A stretch of DNA of 52,845 nucleotides from a virus (taxonomy: Duplodnaviria; Caudoviricetes), in the IMG/VR virus record IMGVR_UViG_3300044825_001160, positions 1 through 52,845 of that record, one strand, 5' to 3'. Numbering within the stretch: the stretch's first letter is position 1; every line of letters begins with the position of its first letter. Positions 44,190-52,845 of the stretch are shown piece by piece. A program made the translations under genes and the position numbers. A model generated the notes under the pieces. It was not told the origin of the DNA, ran no database searches, and saw only the letters and a list, made by a program, of their open reading frames with translations.

Positions 44190-46787
44190 CTATGCGAGAT
44201 ATTTGTTGGGGTTGATTTGAGGGGCCTGACTCTGCCTCCCCGTCCGAGCTTGGCGAACTTTATCCATCATTGAATAAAGCCGTTGGGCACCTGCATTCGT
44301 TGAGCCGTTACCAAGGTGGGAGACCACATCAGCAGGGACAACGAATTCACCGTCTGCCAGCGCAGCGCGTTGCATCTGCGGGCCTTGGATAACCGCTGGG
44401 ATAGAGTCTGACATCCCGTCGCCGGGGCCATTCAGCAGTTTGCCGCCAGCAGCATACGTACGTAGGGAACCGATACCGCCTCCCTGAGCATAGGAACGGA
44501 TCGAGCCGCCTGCGTAATTACTTTTTGAAGTGTTTTGCCACGCCTTATAAAGCGCTGCTTGTTCTGGCGTTAGTTTAAGATCTTTTTCTGTTCGCTTATC
44601 AGCCTTCCAAGCAATTCTTTGTTTTGATGTAGGCCCACCAAGACTATCCCAAAATGCTTTCCAAGCCGTTTCTCTGGCGGAGGGTTGCGCACCGCCGCCA
44701 CCGCCGCCACCGCCTCCTCCGCCGGAACCACCACCGCCTCCTCCGCCGGAACCACCACCGCCTCCTCCGCCGGAACCGCCTCCGCCACCGCCCCCGCCGG
44801 AACCGCCTCCGCCACCGCCCCCGCCGGAACCGCCTCCGCCACCGCCCCCGCCGGAACCGCCACCGCCCCCGCCGGAACCACCGGCTCCCGTGTCTGCCCC
44901 GATATTTATACCGGGAAACATCGCTCTAAGCATCGCGACGAATTCAGGGCCATATCCACCGTAAGCCCCTTCCGGTAGATCGACAAATTTCCCGCCCTTC
45001 GGCATCCATGCCATGTTGCCAGTCAGAGGATTGAAGTAGTAACTCCCTCCCTCATCCAAATCTTTGTATGCGTCTTTGGTAACACGAGTTATACGCTCTC
45101 TCGCGCTTTCTTCCCGTGGGGGCTCGAATGGTGTGGCCAGCCTACGATTAACATCCGCCATGTAATTCATGAGCGGTGCAGCGGTACGCGGCGCAGGTGC
45201 GCTTACAGCCGGGTTAAGCATCTGCTGATAATATTGACGCAGTGTGCGAGGCGCAGTTGAAGCCTCGCCTTGGTATACGTCCCGCGCAGCTTCAAACCGC
45301 TGCGGATCAAGCGCCGGATAATTAGCAAGAAGCCAACGGTTCTTGTCGCCTATACTAAATTCATCCCAACCAGTCGGAAGTCTCAGCCCTTCTGTGTTAG
45401 CTCGTAGCCAACGGAACGCTTCGTTAGGACCGGCAGCTTCAATTTGAGTGTAAAAGTTAGAAGGGGGTGTTGCGACAATACCCGAAAAGTCTTGCTCTGC
45501 ACGCCCTCCACCACTGCCACTGCCCGAACTAGACCCTGTTCCACTACGGTATACGTCCCGCGCAGCTTCAAACCGCTGCGGATCAAGCGCCGGATAATTA
45601 GCAAGAAGCCAACGGTTCTTGTCGCCTATACTAAATTCATCCCAACCAGTCGGAAGTCTCAGCCCTTCTGTGTTAGAGCGGAGCCACCGCCATGCTTCGG
45701 AAGGACCGGCGGTTTCAATCTGACTATAGAAGTTAGTGGGAAGCGCCGCTGGCTGTACAGCCGTATTAGCCGTATTAGCCGTATTAGCCGTATTAGCCGT
45801 ATTAGCCGTATTAGCCGTATTAGCCGTATTAGCCGTATTAGCCGTATTAGCCGTATTAGCCGTAAGGGGGTTATACCCAGTCAGGGTCGAAAGTCCAAAA
45901 TTAGGAACATCCCCAATCGCTGCTTGGATTTGCGCTAACTGTTCGGGGGTATAATTAAAAGGCGCAGTGGAAGTAGAGGTAGAACCGCCATCAGCGAAAC
46001 GACGCACATGACCACCAGAAGCAGCATACTGCGTCTCATCTTCCATGCCGGGATAGGGGGATACATATTCTCCCTCGTTCCACCCCTGCCCTTCAAAGAC
46101 GCCGCTTTCCGGATTGTATGTGCCGGGACGCCACAGAGGCTGACCGCCTTTACCGACGTAGAACTTCGATCCACCCGACGTTCCTTTGGGCACGTCATAC
46201 TCAGGAGGCTGCATCATGTCTGCAATGGTCGGAGCCGCCGCTGCAGCCAGACCAAGTTTCCCAAGCGGCATGGCTTGGGTAAATGCTTTGAGGCCACCCT
46301 CTTTAACAAGGTTAGCAGCGCCTTGCTTCATGGCTTCGCCAGTTATGGCGGGTTTAGCCCCTGCTTCCGTAGCAGCAGATAGAAACGCTTCTCCACCTAC
46401 ACCCGGCGAAAGACTTGTGAGCGCCGACGCAATACCCGATCCACCAAACCCACCCAACGCGCCAAGGCCCGCCCGCATCAGAAGAGACTGATCCTTATCA
46501 CCCGTCAGCGCACCGGTAGCCGCCCCTGCCACAGTCGGGAGGAGCCAAGGGAGCGACATGCCCGCAGTAAATGGAGCAAGGGCAAGGCCAACAACCGTAG
46601 GCAGAAGGCTTTTCAAAAACCCTGCTTCTGCAAGGCCGGTCTCCGGGTTGATCGTCAGGGAGCCACCGTGCGCCATGGCAAGAGCTTGCAGCCCCTGAAC
46701 TTCGCCGGGAGTCATGTGGACCAGAACAGAGTCTTCGCCCCGACCGAGAGAGGCTAGACCTTGGGCGGTTTGGCGAGCGTCTTTCAT
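44190..46787 (-). CDS. Putative internal virion protein with repeats
   Basis: 865 aa; N-terminal GRGEDSVLVHM...TINPETGLAEA; C-terminal GPGDGMSDSIPA...LADGEFVVPADVVSHLGNGS. Confidence 0.65.
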   Translation of the reverse strand: MKDARQTAQGLASLGRGEDSVLVHMTPGEVQGLQALAMAHGGSLTINPETGLAEAGFLKSLLPTVVGLALAPFTAGMSLPWLLPTVAGAATGALTGDKDQSLLMRAGLGALGGFGGSGIASALTSLSPGVGGEAFLSAATEAGAKPAITGEAMKQGAANLVKEGGLKAFTQAMPLGKLGLAAAAAPTIADMMQPPEYDVPKGTSGGSKFYVGKGGQPLWRPGTYNPESGVFEGQGWNEGEYVSPYPGMEDETQYAASGGHVRRFADGGSTSTSTAPFNYTPEQLAQIQAAIGDVPNFGLSTLTGYNPLTANTANTANTANTANTANTANTANTANTANTANTAVQPAALPTNFYSQIETAGPSEAWRWLRSNTEGLRLPTGWDEFSIGDKNRWLLANYPALDPQRFEAARDVYRSGTGSSSGSGSGGGRAEQDFSGIVATPPSNFYTQIEAAGPNEAFRWLRANTEGLRLPTGWDEFSIGDKNRWLLANYPALDPQRFEAARDVYQGEASTAPRTLRQYYQQMLNPAVSAPAPRTAAPLMNYMADVNRRLATPFEPPREESARERITRVTKDAYKDLDEGGSYYFNPLTGNMAWMPKGGKFVDLPEGAYGGYGPEFVAMLRAMFPGINIGADTGAGGSGGGGGGSGGGGGGGGSGGGGGGGGSGGGGGGGGSGGGGGGGSGGGGGGGSGGGGGGGGGGGAQPSARETAWKAFWDSLGGPTSKQRIAWKADKRTEKDLKLTPEQAALYKAWQNTSKSNYAGGSIRSYAQGGGIGSLRTYAAGGKLLNGPGDGMSDSIPAVIQGPQMQRAALADGEFVVPADVVSHLGNGSTNAGAQRLYSMMDKVRQARTGRQSQAPQINPNKYLA
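44690..44885 (-). repeat. Gly/Ser low-complexity repeat (SGGGGGG)n
   Basis: 21-24-bp units containing CCGCCGGAACC. Confidence 0.9.
45272..45736 (-). repeat. Internal domain duplication with a 129-bp identical core
   Basis: 45272-45400 identical to 45548-45676; adjacent ~60 bp diverged. Confidence 0.9.
45759..45864 (-). repeat. Perfect 9-bp tandem repeat (AGCCGTATT)x11 plus partial, encoding (TAN)n
   Basis: Direct reading of the sequence. Confidence 0.95.
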
Positions 46788-46836
46788 GTGACCCCTCTCA
46801 AATTGCTACGCCAGATATTAACACGGCACAGTCTGG

Positions 46837-48096
46837 CTACACAGTCAAGTTATAGAACGTCAATGCACCAATGCAGGTATTGCTCGCCCCTGACAGAGTC
46901 CTTGCCGCAAGAGTGTAGGTATCGCTCACCCCCGCCAGAGACACGCCCAGTTGGAGATCAAGGTTGTAACCCGTAGGTGCTGACAGAGTACTTTGGGCTT
47001 GGTTGCTAGCCGTAGCATAGGCACTCTGTACGATACTGTCTGCGGTCGGGGTGATGGAGTTAGCCGACGCCCCGGTGTCCACGTCCACCTGCCCGCTACA
47101 AAGGGTTGAGCCCCATGTCGCCCCAGTCAGGGTGGCGTTCCGGACCAAGACAATCTCGTAGTTTGCCGACCCGATAGGTAGGAACTGGAAGGTATACGGA
47201 ACGACTACCGCACCCAAATAACTAGAATTCAAACGTATTGAGACGATAGGGTAAAAAGTGGCTGCCAAAGTTAACGTAACAGCCGACGTAGGCCGGGCAA
47301 CAAAAGGCTGGGAGGACTGTTCATAGCCCCCTTCCGAGATCACCGTGGAGCAAATCTGCTGCAGGGTCGCCGCCGAGGCCGTGGTTCCCGTGGTAAAGAT
47401 CTCGTTACGCAGAGGCAGGATCGCCGTCTGCATATAGACCACAGTGCCGACGTTGGCGTTATAGAACTCATGCGCGGTATAGAAGGTTCCATTTATAACG
47501 AAACCACATTTGACTACCCCGACGCCCAGCCATTCGATGTTAAAGAACAGGATCTGCGTCTTGGTCAGGTCAAGCGTGATCCCGCTGGGGCCTGTTCCGT
47601 TGAATTGATCGACGTTCCATTGGGCCTGCGTGGCAAACCGGGCATTGCTCACCGTGCCGCCCGTGTACGTACGAATGACAAACGAAATCGTCGTCCCGGA
47701 CTGCTCCAGATAGATCCCGTTATTGTCATTGAACAAGCCAACGCGCTGCGTCAGGTTGGTCTGCGGCGCTGCCATGGAGAACGTCTGCAGCGTCAGGAAT
47801 GATTTTCCCGGCTGATACATGAAGGACCGATAGCTCTGCGTCCTTGCCGTCGATCCCGAGCTTGTAGTGACTGCTAGCGCCAAGGCGCTCTGGTTAGTAA
47901 CGAAAGTAACCGTGCCACCCGTTGCCGTAGACGTATCATAGGCAGAGTCTTTGGCGAACCGGTTCTGGCTGTCAAAGAGCGTGTAGGGCTGCGAGATCCG
48001 CAGACGCCCAAACGAGTCGAGCGTGTTACCGCCAAACGCCGTGTAGACAGGGCGGCTAGGAGACGCGCCAGCGGCGGGGTACTGGGTAATACTCAT
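46837..48096 (-). CDS. Virion structural protein (beta-rich)
   Basis: 419 aa; DSFGRLRISQPYTLFDS, YQPGKS, EWLGVG, CSTVISEGG. Confidence 0.65.
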   Translation of the reverse strand: MSITQYPAAGASPSRPVYTAFGGNTLDSFGRLRISQPYTLFDSQNRFAKDSAYDTSTATGGTVTFVTNQSALALAVTTSSGSTARTQSYRSFMYQPGKSFLTLQTFSMAAPQTNLTQRVGLFNDNNGIYLEQSGTTISFVIRTYTGGTVSNARFATQAQWNVDQFNGTGPSGITLDLTKTQILFFNIEWLGVGVVKCGFVINGTFYTAHEFYNANVGTVVYMQTAILPLRNEIFTTGTTASAATLQQICSTVISEGGYEQSSQPFVARPTSAVTLTLAATFYPIVSIRLNSSYLGAVVVPYTFQFLPIGSANYEIVLVRNATLTGATWGSTLCSGQVDVDTGASANSITPTADSIVQSAYATASNQAQSTLSAPTGYNLDLQLGVSLAGVSDTYTLAARTLSGASNTCIGALTFYNLTV

Positions 48097-48431
48097 GTCG
48101 CTTCACCGCCCGAGATCGTCACCGTACAACCCGCTGCGGTTGCTTTTAACTGGATCGTGCCAGCTTCATCCAGAATTTGTGTACCGCACCACTGCACTGT
48201 GCTATAGCCGGGGACCGGCGTGTTGTACATGATGGCGTTTGTCGTACCGGGAGTCTCCCCTGCAATCACCAGAGAGACATAGACGTTGATCACGTTAGCC
48301 GTGGTGTTGCAGATATCAAACTCTTTGACATAGGCCCGAGTGTTCGCAGGCACTGTGTAAAAGATCTTGTACCCGGTGGTGATCGCCCCCTGCCCAAGCA
48401 GGTCTCCGACGATGTTCTGATACGCCATCAC
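48093..48431 (-). CDS. Small tail-associated protein
   Basis: 112 aa; YTVPANT...ICNT...TISGGE. Confidence 0.6.
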   Translation of the reverse strand: MMAYQNIVGDLLGQGAITTGYKIFYTVPANTRAYVKEFDICNTTANVINVYVSLVIAGETPGTTNAIMYNTPVPGYSTVQWCGTQILDEAGTIQLKATAAGCTVTISGGEAT

Positions 48432-48622
48432 ATCTCTCCGGAGTTCAGCCAGACCATGACATTTAAATTATTAACTGCCTTGATCAACTCGCTGTTGGTG
48501 TTGTCCAACTGAACGAAGTACAGACGAAGCTGGTTGGCAAACTTCTCCTGCTGCGCAACGTCGTACTGACGCGGCGCAAGGTTCAGGTTAGGTGCTTTAG
48601 GCGGCAGGATCGAAGGCATCAA
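48428..48622 (-). CDS. Small tail-associated protein
   Basis: 64 aa; PNLNLAPRQYD...LRLYF. Confidence 0.6.
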   Translation of the reverse strand: MMPSILPPKAPNLNLAPRQYDVAQQEKFANQLRLYFVQLDNTNSELIKAVNNLNVMVWLNSGEM

Positions 48623-50946
48623 GACCTCCTACCGTCAGGGCGGATATCAAACCGCATCGAGCCAAGCTGCCACGTTGTCCCCAGCGTATCGCTATCAATC
48701 CGGAACGACATTTGCCGCCCACGCACCCGGGTGTAGATCTGCGTGGTGTATTGCTCAATAGGGTACGTATTGGGCGGCACAGGTGGCTTCACGGTGTTGG
48801 TCACCGTGGGCTCATCAACAGGCGTGGTGTATGCGCTGCCGGGGCCGACACGCGGGTTCAGGGTCATCGTGATCTGCGGATACTCCGCAGTGGACTCACC
48901 AAACGTCACATCCGGCACCATCCGCCAGACAAACGCAAAGTTGTGACCGTCAGTGATATCGAAGTCCGATGTCTGTATGTAGGAGACGATGGGCACTGCA
49001 TTTGAAGTTCCAAGCAAGAAGTCATCCACGCCATATTCATGAATAACGACTTGGTTAGGAATCGTATAGTTCACAGGCGAATACGCGACGTGTGTCGCTG
49101 CCGTTGTGCTCTGGACGCCCCGGGTGCACCCCGTCAAGTTGTAGCCATCGTTCCCGGTGTAACTGATCTTCTCCGAATCAATCTGCACCACACCGCTTGC
49201 CGGATAAGACAGGCCGTTGACCAGCGGGATAGTGGTCTGCACCGCTGTGATGTCACTTGGCAGGAACGAATTCTGAACGGCAAACACCGCCAGCGGGTAC
49301 TGTTTGAGCGATGTGGAAAGCCACGAGGTCCGGTACATCGTCCCGTAGTACCAGATGTTCTCCAGATAGTTATAGATGATGTAGCTGTCGTTGATGAGGC
49401 TACCGCTTGACGGATAGAACCACCAGATCTCGTTGTATGCAGGGTTGCTCCCGCAGGAGACTTGGAATGCCTGTGCCTTGTTCAGGTTCTGGAAAACGTA
49501 GTTCCTGAGCGAGCAAGGGATGGTCTGCACCTGACCAGAGTACATATAAAATTTATCGACGCCCATCCAGTAGGTGACGTTGTTCACCGTGATGGCGGCG
49601 TTCGGCGACATGATGGACAGGTTGTCCATCAGCAACTGGAAGCTGAATACAAACGGCGCACCGATGTACTGCATGGAGTACAGCGCCGAGTCTGACCAGA
49701 TCAGGATCTCCTGCCGGGTACTGCGTGCGCAGACAAGATACGACCCGTTAGCCAGAATTTGTTCGCCTGATTGGTTACTTGTCTCTGGAACCCACTCTGC
49801 CGGGTTGCTCTGATCCGACCAGCGGACAAGCATGGGGTTGAATGCCGTGGTGAAGTTCTGCGGGTTATAAGCGTTGGAGCCAATTGCAATGATGAACTGG
49901 TTGATGTCAGAAGACAGGATCTGATACGTCTGGTTAGGCACAAAGCGCCCGGAGTAGCTGAAGGTATACACCCCCGAAGAGCTACCGGTCGTTGGCGTAG
50001 AGATCGGCACGTTGACGCCGCCCCCATACGATGCCGTGACATATGTCCCCGCCGCGATACCCACACCCGTTACGATAGCGCCCCGGTTGATCCCCAGCGG
50101 ATCACTAACAACAATCGTGCTGTCACCGGAGTTAAACGTCGCAGTCTTGGTCGTTTTTGTCAAAGACTCAGCATACGACTGCAACGTCACAGCACGGGCA
50201 AAGGTAGTGGTATCCTTGTCCCACCAATAGATATCCCCCGCACGCGGGGCGAACAGAAGATTCTCACCGAAGTTACACTGGCTCCAGAGCTTCAACTGCA
50301 AACCGGTCGTTGCAAGGCCAACTGACTCGCCCCACCCGCCGTTACTCCATGGACCAACACCCCAACCAGCACCTACGGTAGTAAACGTCGCCGCACCTGC
50401 GTTGACTTGGAATGCGATAGTTAGTGCCGTGGCGTTGGAGCCTGTTGCAGATGCAGTGGTAGCCGCCGAAATAGTGATGGTGTTACCGGTAGGAGTCTCA
50501 ACGATCTCGTAAGTGCCAGAAATCGTCACCCCGTTGAACGAGAGTGACCCCGTAAACGTCACCCATGTACCGGGAGAGGCACCGTGTCCTGTGGCAGTGA
50601 CCGTGACTTTCTTGCTGCCGTTTACCGTGGCGAACAGTGTGGCAGAGGTGGGGGCGTCGGTACGGAGCGGGGTGATGTCCCGATAGATCCCGTTGAACTC
50701 GACGTAATACTTCTCGGTGGTACCGACAGCAAGGAGGTTTTCGTCGTCGTTCGTCGCCCACGCAAAGAGCGAACGCGCCATGCCATAAAAGGTGTTGCCT
50801 GTGGAGTAGTTTCCCCAGCCGCCTAGCTGCTCCGGGTAGCCTGAACGGAACCGGACTTTGTCGCAGGCGATGTAGCCACCTTCGTTTGCGTAGTTGGTGT
50901 TCTCTTTATTGATACCCGGCTTGAACTCGATCTTCGTTAGCGGCAT
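48619..50946 (-). CDS. Tail nozzle / packaged-DNA stabilisation protein (beta-propeller, P22 gp10-like)
   Basis: 775 aa; MPLTKIEFKPGINKE...DKVRFRSG, VRWSDQ, YWMG, EIWWFYPS, RVRGRQ...DIRPDGRR. Confidence 0.7.
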   Translation of the reverse strand: MPLTKIEFKPGINKENTNYANEGGYIACDKVRFRSGYPEQLGGWGNYSTGNTFYGMARSLFAWATNDDENLLAVGTTEKYYVEFNGIYRDITPLRTDAPTSATLFATVNGSKKVTVTATGHGASPGTWVTFTGSLSFNGVTISGTYEIVETPTGNTITISAATTASATGSNATALTIAFQVNAGAATFTTVGAGWGVGPWSNGGWGESVGLATTGLQLKLWSQCNFGENLLFAPRAGDIYWWDKDTTTFARAVTLQSYAESLTKTTKTATFNSGDSTIVVSDPLGINRGAIVTGVGIAAGTYVTASYGGGVNVPISTPTTGSSSGVYTFSYSGRFVPNQTYQILSSDINQFIIAIGSNAYNPQNFTTAFNPMLVRWSDQSNPAEWVPETSNQSGEQILANGSYLVCARSTRQEILIWSDSALYSMQYIGAPFVFSFQLLMDNLSIMSPNAAITVNNVTYWMGVDKFYMYSGQVQTIPCSLRNYVFQNLNKAQAFQVSCGSNPAYNEIWWFYPSSGSLINDSYIIYNYLENIWYYGTMYRTSWLSTSLKQYPLAVFAVQNSFLPSDITAVQTTIPLVNGLSYPASGVVQIDSEKISYTGNDGYNLTGCTRGVQSTTAATHVAYSPVNYTIPNQVVIHEYGVDDFLLGTSNAVPIVSYIQTSDFDITDGHNFAFVWRMVPDVTFGESTAEYPQITMTLNPRVGPGSAYTTPVDEPTVTNTVKPPVPPNTYPIEQYTTQIYTRVRGRQMSFRIDSDTLGTTWQLGSMRFDIRPDGRRS

Positions 50947-50963
50947 GGAATGCCCCGCTGATC

Positions 50964-51302
50964 CTAAACGCGCCGCTCAAAGTGCGGTACATCTTTAAAT
51001 GATTTCCAAAACATGCCTGCGCTGTTTTTGGGATTCAGCGATTCCCAGAACTGTCCTACCGGAGTAAGGAGAGCGATGTCGTAGCAGAGCTTACCATCTT
51101 TGAAGAAGTTGAGGTCGATAGCGCACCGCTTGAGGTGGTTGCTGTTCATGGTCTTGGATCGACCTGTCTTCAGGTAGATCTCCTGCTGTTCCGTCGTACG
51201 GTACAGTTCGCCGCCCGTGACAACGAACCCAAGCTCAGTCGCTTTCTGGATCAGCTTGCACATATCCAACAGGAATTCAGCCTGCTCCGGGACGAGGCTC
51301 AC
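50964..51302 (-). CDS. Endolysin, peptidase M15 family
   Basis: R-T-x-x-x-Q, SNHLKRCAIDL, DVPHFE zinc-peptidase motifs. Confidence 0.85.
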   Translation of the reverse strand: MSLVPEQAEFLLDMCKLIQKATELGFVVTGGELYRTTEQQEIYLKTGRSKTMNSNHLKRCAIDLNFFKDGKLCYDIALLTPVGQFWESLNPKNSAGMFWKSFKDVPHFERRV

Positions 51303-51838
51303 TTGATTGCCTCCTTGAGTGCGTCGGTCTTCTCTTTGCTGCTGGAGCTTGAGCCGAAATAGTAAGACGCCACCTGCGTCGAGACGGCAGACAGTACGCC
51401 CAGCACGTAGATCAGGATGTCCTTCCGGGAAGGCTCAACCGGCGTGTTATCGAACATCACCATGCTGAACAGCCCCATCGTGATCCCGATGATTGCAAGG
51501 GCTAGGATTGGTGTGATGACCTTATTCAGCAGGGGTGCATTCTCTGCCGTCGCGATCTCAATTTCGCGCTTACGGGCATTGCCCGTGTCCTTCAGGCTGA
51601 GTTCATACTTCGCCAGATCGAGCTTGTTGTCTTCCAGTTTGATCCGGAGCAGTTCTTCCTCATGCTCCATCTGCGCCATCTGAAGCCGCGTGAGATCTTC
51701 TGATGTCATTTCCGGCGTCAGCTTTACGTCGAACTTCTTCTCGACGTAGTCCTTGCCCTTCGCCATCACGGCGTTGGCAATCAGCCCCAGACCATTAGTC
51801 AGAAGCTGCGAGACGATGGGAGCAAGTGGGAGCGCCAT
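51299..51838 (-). CDS. Putative holin
   Basis: Coiled coil, ARKRE, two TM segments, YYFGSSSSSKEK; adjacent to the endolysin. Confidence 0.65.
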   Translation of the reverse strand: MALPLAPIVSQLLTNGLGLIANAVMAKGKDYVEKKFDVKLTPEMTSEDLTRLQMAQMEHEEELLRIKLEDNKLDLAKYELSLKDTGNARKREIEIATAENAPLLNKVITPILALAIIGITMGLFSMVMFDNTPVEPSRKDILIYVLGVLSAVSTQVASYYFGSSSSSKEKTDALKEAIK

Positions 51839-51841
51839 GGG

Positions 51842-52243
51842 TTAACCTATCAAAGCATCAAGCCGGTCTTGCGTAAGAACATTCGCTTGTACAAGGTACG
51901 CTGCGTTTGTCCGTGTAGCTTCATCATTAAAGTCTACGCCATTACGCGCCTTAGCAAGCTCGTACCACATTTCCAACAACGGATCAGTCTTCATCGTCGC
52001 GAGGAAGTTCAACGCTTCGTCACGAGTTAGGGCTTCGATGAAGGTAGCTACGGTATAGCTACTATACAAAGGCGCGGGAGGAGGTGGAGGAGGTGGTGGC
52101 TCACTAAATGTTGTGCCGTCATACAACCATCCAGCGGAAACTAAAGTTCCAGTTACATCTATAGTGTTTGGAATTTGATTAATTTCACTCGTAACAATAA
52201 CGCGAGAAACAACACCATTTTCAACTATCGCTGCTCTATACAT
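51842..52243 (-). CDS. Putative tail-fibre-associated / assembly protein
   Basis: Start MYRAAIVENGVV; GWLYDGTTFSEPPPP; follows the Gly-rich fibre gene. Confidence 0.55.
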   Translation of the reverse strand: MYRAAIVENGVVSRVIVTSEINQIPNTIDVTGTLVSAGWLYDGTTFSEPPPPPPPPAPLYSSYTVATFIEALTRDEALNFLATMKTDPLLEMWYELAKARNGVDFNDEATRTNAAYLVQANVLTQDRLDALIG

Positions 52244-52247
52244 ATTA

Positions 52248-52844
52248 CTACTCCCACCATTGAATAATCGCAATTCCATCGGCACCGTTACCTCCGTTGA
52301 AATTGCGAGTCTGCCCAGCGCCAACCGATCCGCCAGTCATACCGCCACCGCATCCAGTGTTCGCCACTGCATTTCCACCGTTAGCCCCGACGTTAAATGC
52401 TCCTGAACCGTCAAGGCCAGAAGCACCTCCCCCAGTACCGAATCCTTTAAGTCCCATCCCCGGTAATAACCCGCCTCCGTGCACAGTTAATGCATTTATT
52501 CCTACAACTTGTGCTATCACATCGGCATTTGAGGGGGAAGTAGAAGCATAGAAAAAAGCGGATCCAGTAGAAGGAAACCCATTTCCGCTGCCATATCTAG
52601 CAGAAACGCTAACTCCCGTAATCCCCGGAGCGTTTGAAGGACTACCGCCATGACCGCCTGTAGCAGTCAGTGTAGCGCCACCAGTTAATGTAGTAGCTGA
52701 ACCAGCGGAGCCGGGAACATTACCACTAGCAAATTGCCCCCCTGCCCCACCCCCACCAATCGTTACAGTGACATCCCCAGTAACAGGTATCCAACGCTCA
52801 ATAACCTGTCCACCTCCTCCACCACATGAAGCGTAACCAACAGT
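52248..52844 (-). CDS. Gly-rich tail fibre protein, partial (5' end outside the window)
   Basis: Frame is open to the window edge; GGGGG...VTVTIGGGGAGG...GGNGADGIAIIQW. Confidence 0.7.
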   Translation of the reverse strand, partial: TVGYASCGGGGGQVIERWIPVTGDVTVTIGGGGAGGQFASGNVPGSAGSATTLTGGATLTATGGHGGSPSNAPGITGVSVSARYGSGNGFPSTGSAFFYASTSPSNADVIAQVVGINALTVHGGGLLPGMGLKGFGTGGGASGLDGSGAFNVGANGGNAVANTGCGGGMTGGSVGAGQTRNFNGGNGADGIAIIQWWE

Positions 52845-52845
52845 A

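Noticed and set aside
45272-45736. DGR-like repeat pair in the virion gene
   Set aside because: Both copies are in-frame in one gene, differences are not A-specific, and there is no RT
1-52845. tRNA genes, integrase/att site, spanins, stop-codon recoding
   Set aside because: None recognised by eye; core genes are intact in the standard code. tRNAscan-SE and HMM searches would be needed to exclude them formally

Overview
About 53 kb of a tailed dsDNA phage genome with podovirus-like organisation and a probable Proteobacterial host, judged from sigma70-type promoters and IHF-consensus sites. Both window edges fall inside minus-strand virion genes. There are three blocks. (1) 1-13013, minus strand: packaging and head genes (terS, terL, portal, GroES-like, scaffold, decoration, major capsid), an HNH endonuclease and accessory virion proteins. 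(2) 13307-34252, plus strand: early and replication genes (small ORFs, GP88-like, AAA+/vWA-metallopeptidase module, VRR-NUC, DUF3310-like, family A DNA polymerase, PD-(D/E)XK nuclease, SNF2 helicase, SSB-like, primase/DUF927). (3) 34249-52845, minus strand: internal virion proteins including a 2139-aa HExxH protein, tail genes and a holin/M15 endolysin pair. I recognised no integrase, tRNA, CRISPR array or reverse transcriptase. The most interesting signals lie outside the ORF track. Five oriented copies of a 21-bp palindrome (GTTCTGACA-NNN-TGTCAGAAC) are confined to the early region, two of them inside a shared promoter architecture (CTATCTTTCGTA-N9-[-35]-N17-[-10]-hairpin-palindrome). There is also a 57-aa sigma70 region-4-like protein, a double-pseudoknot leader RNA downstream of the capsid gene, and a mirror-symmetric ~475-bp origin-like region with symmetric IHF sites. 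All product calls come from motif recognition by eye; no database searches were run.
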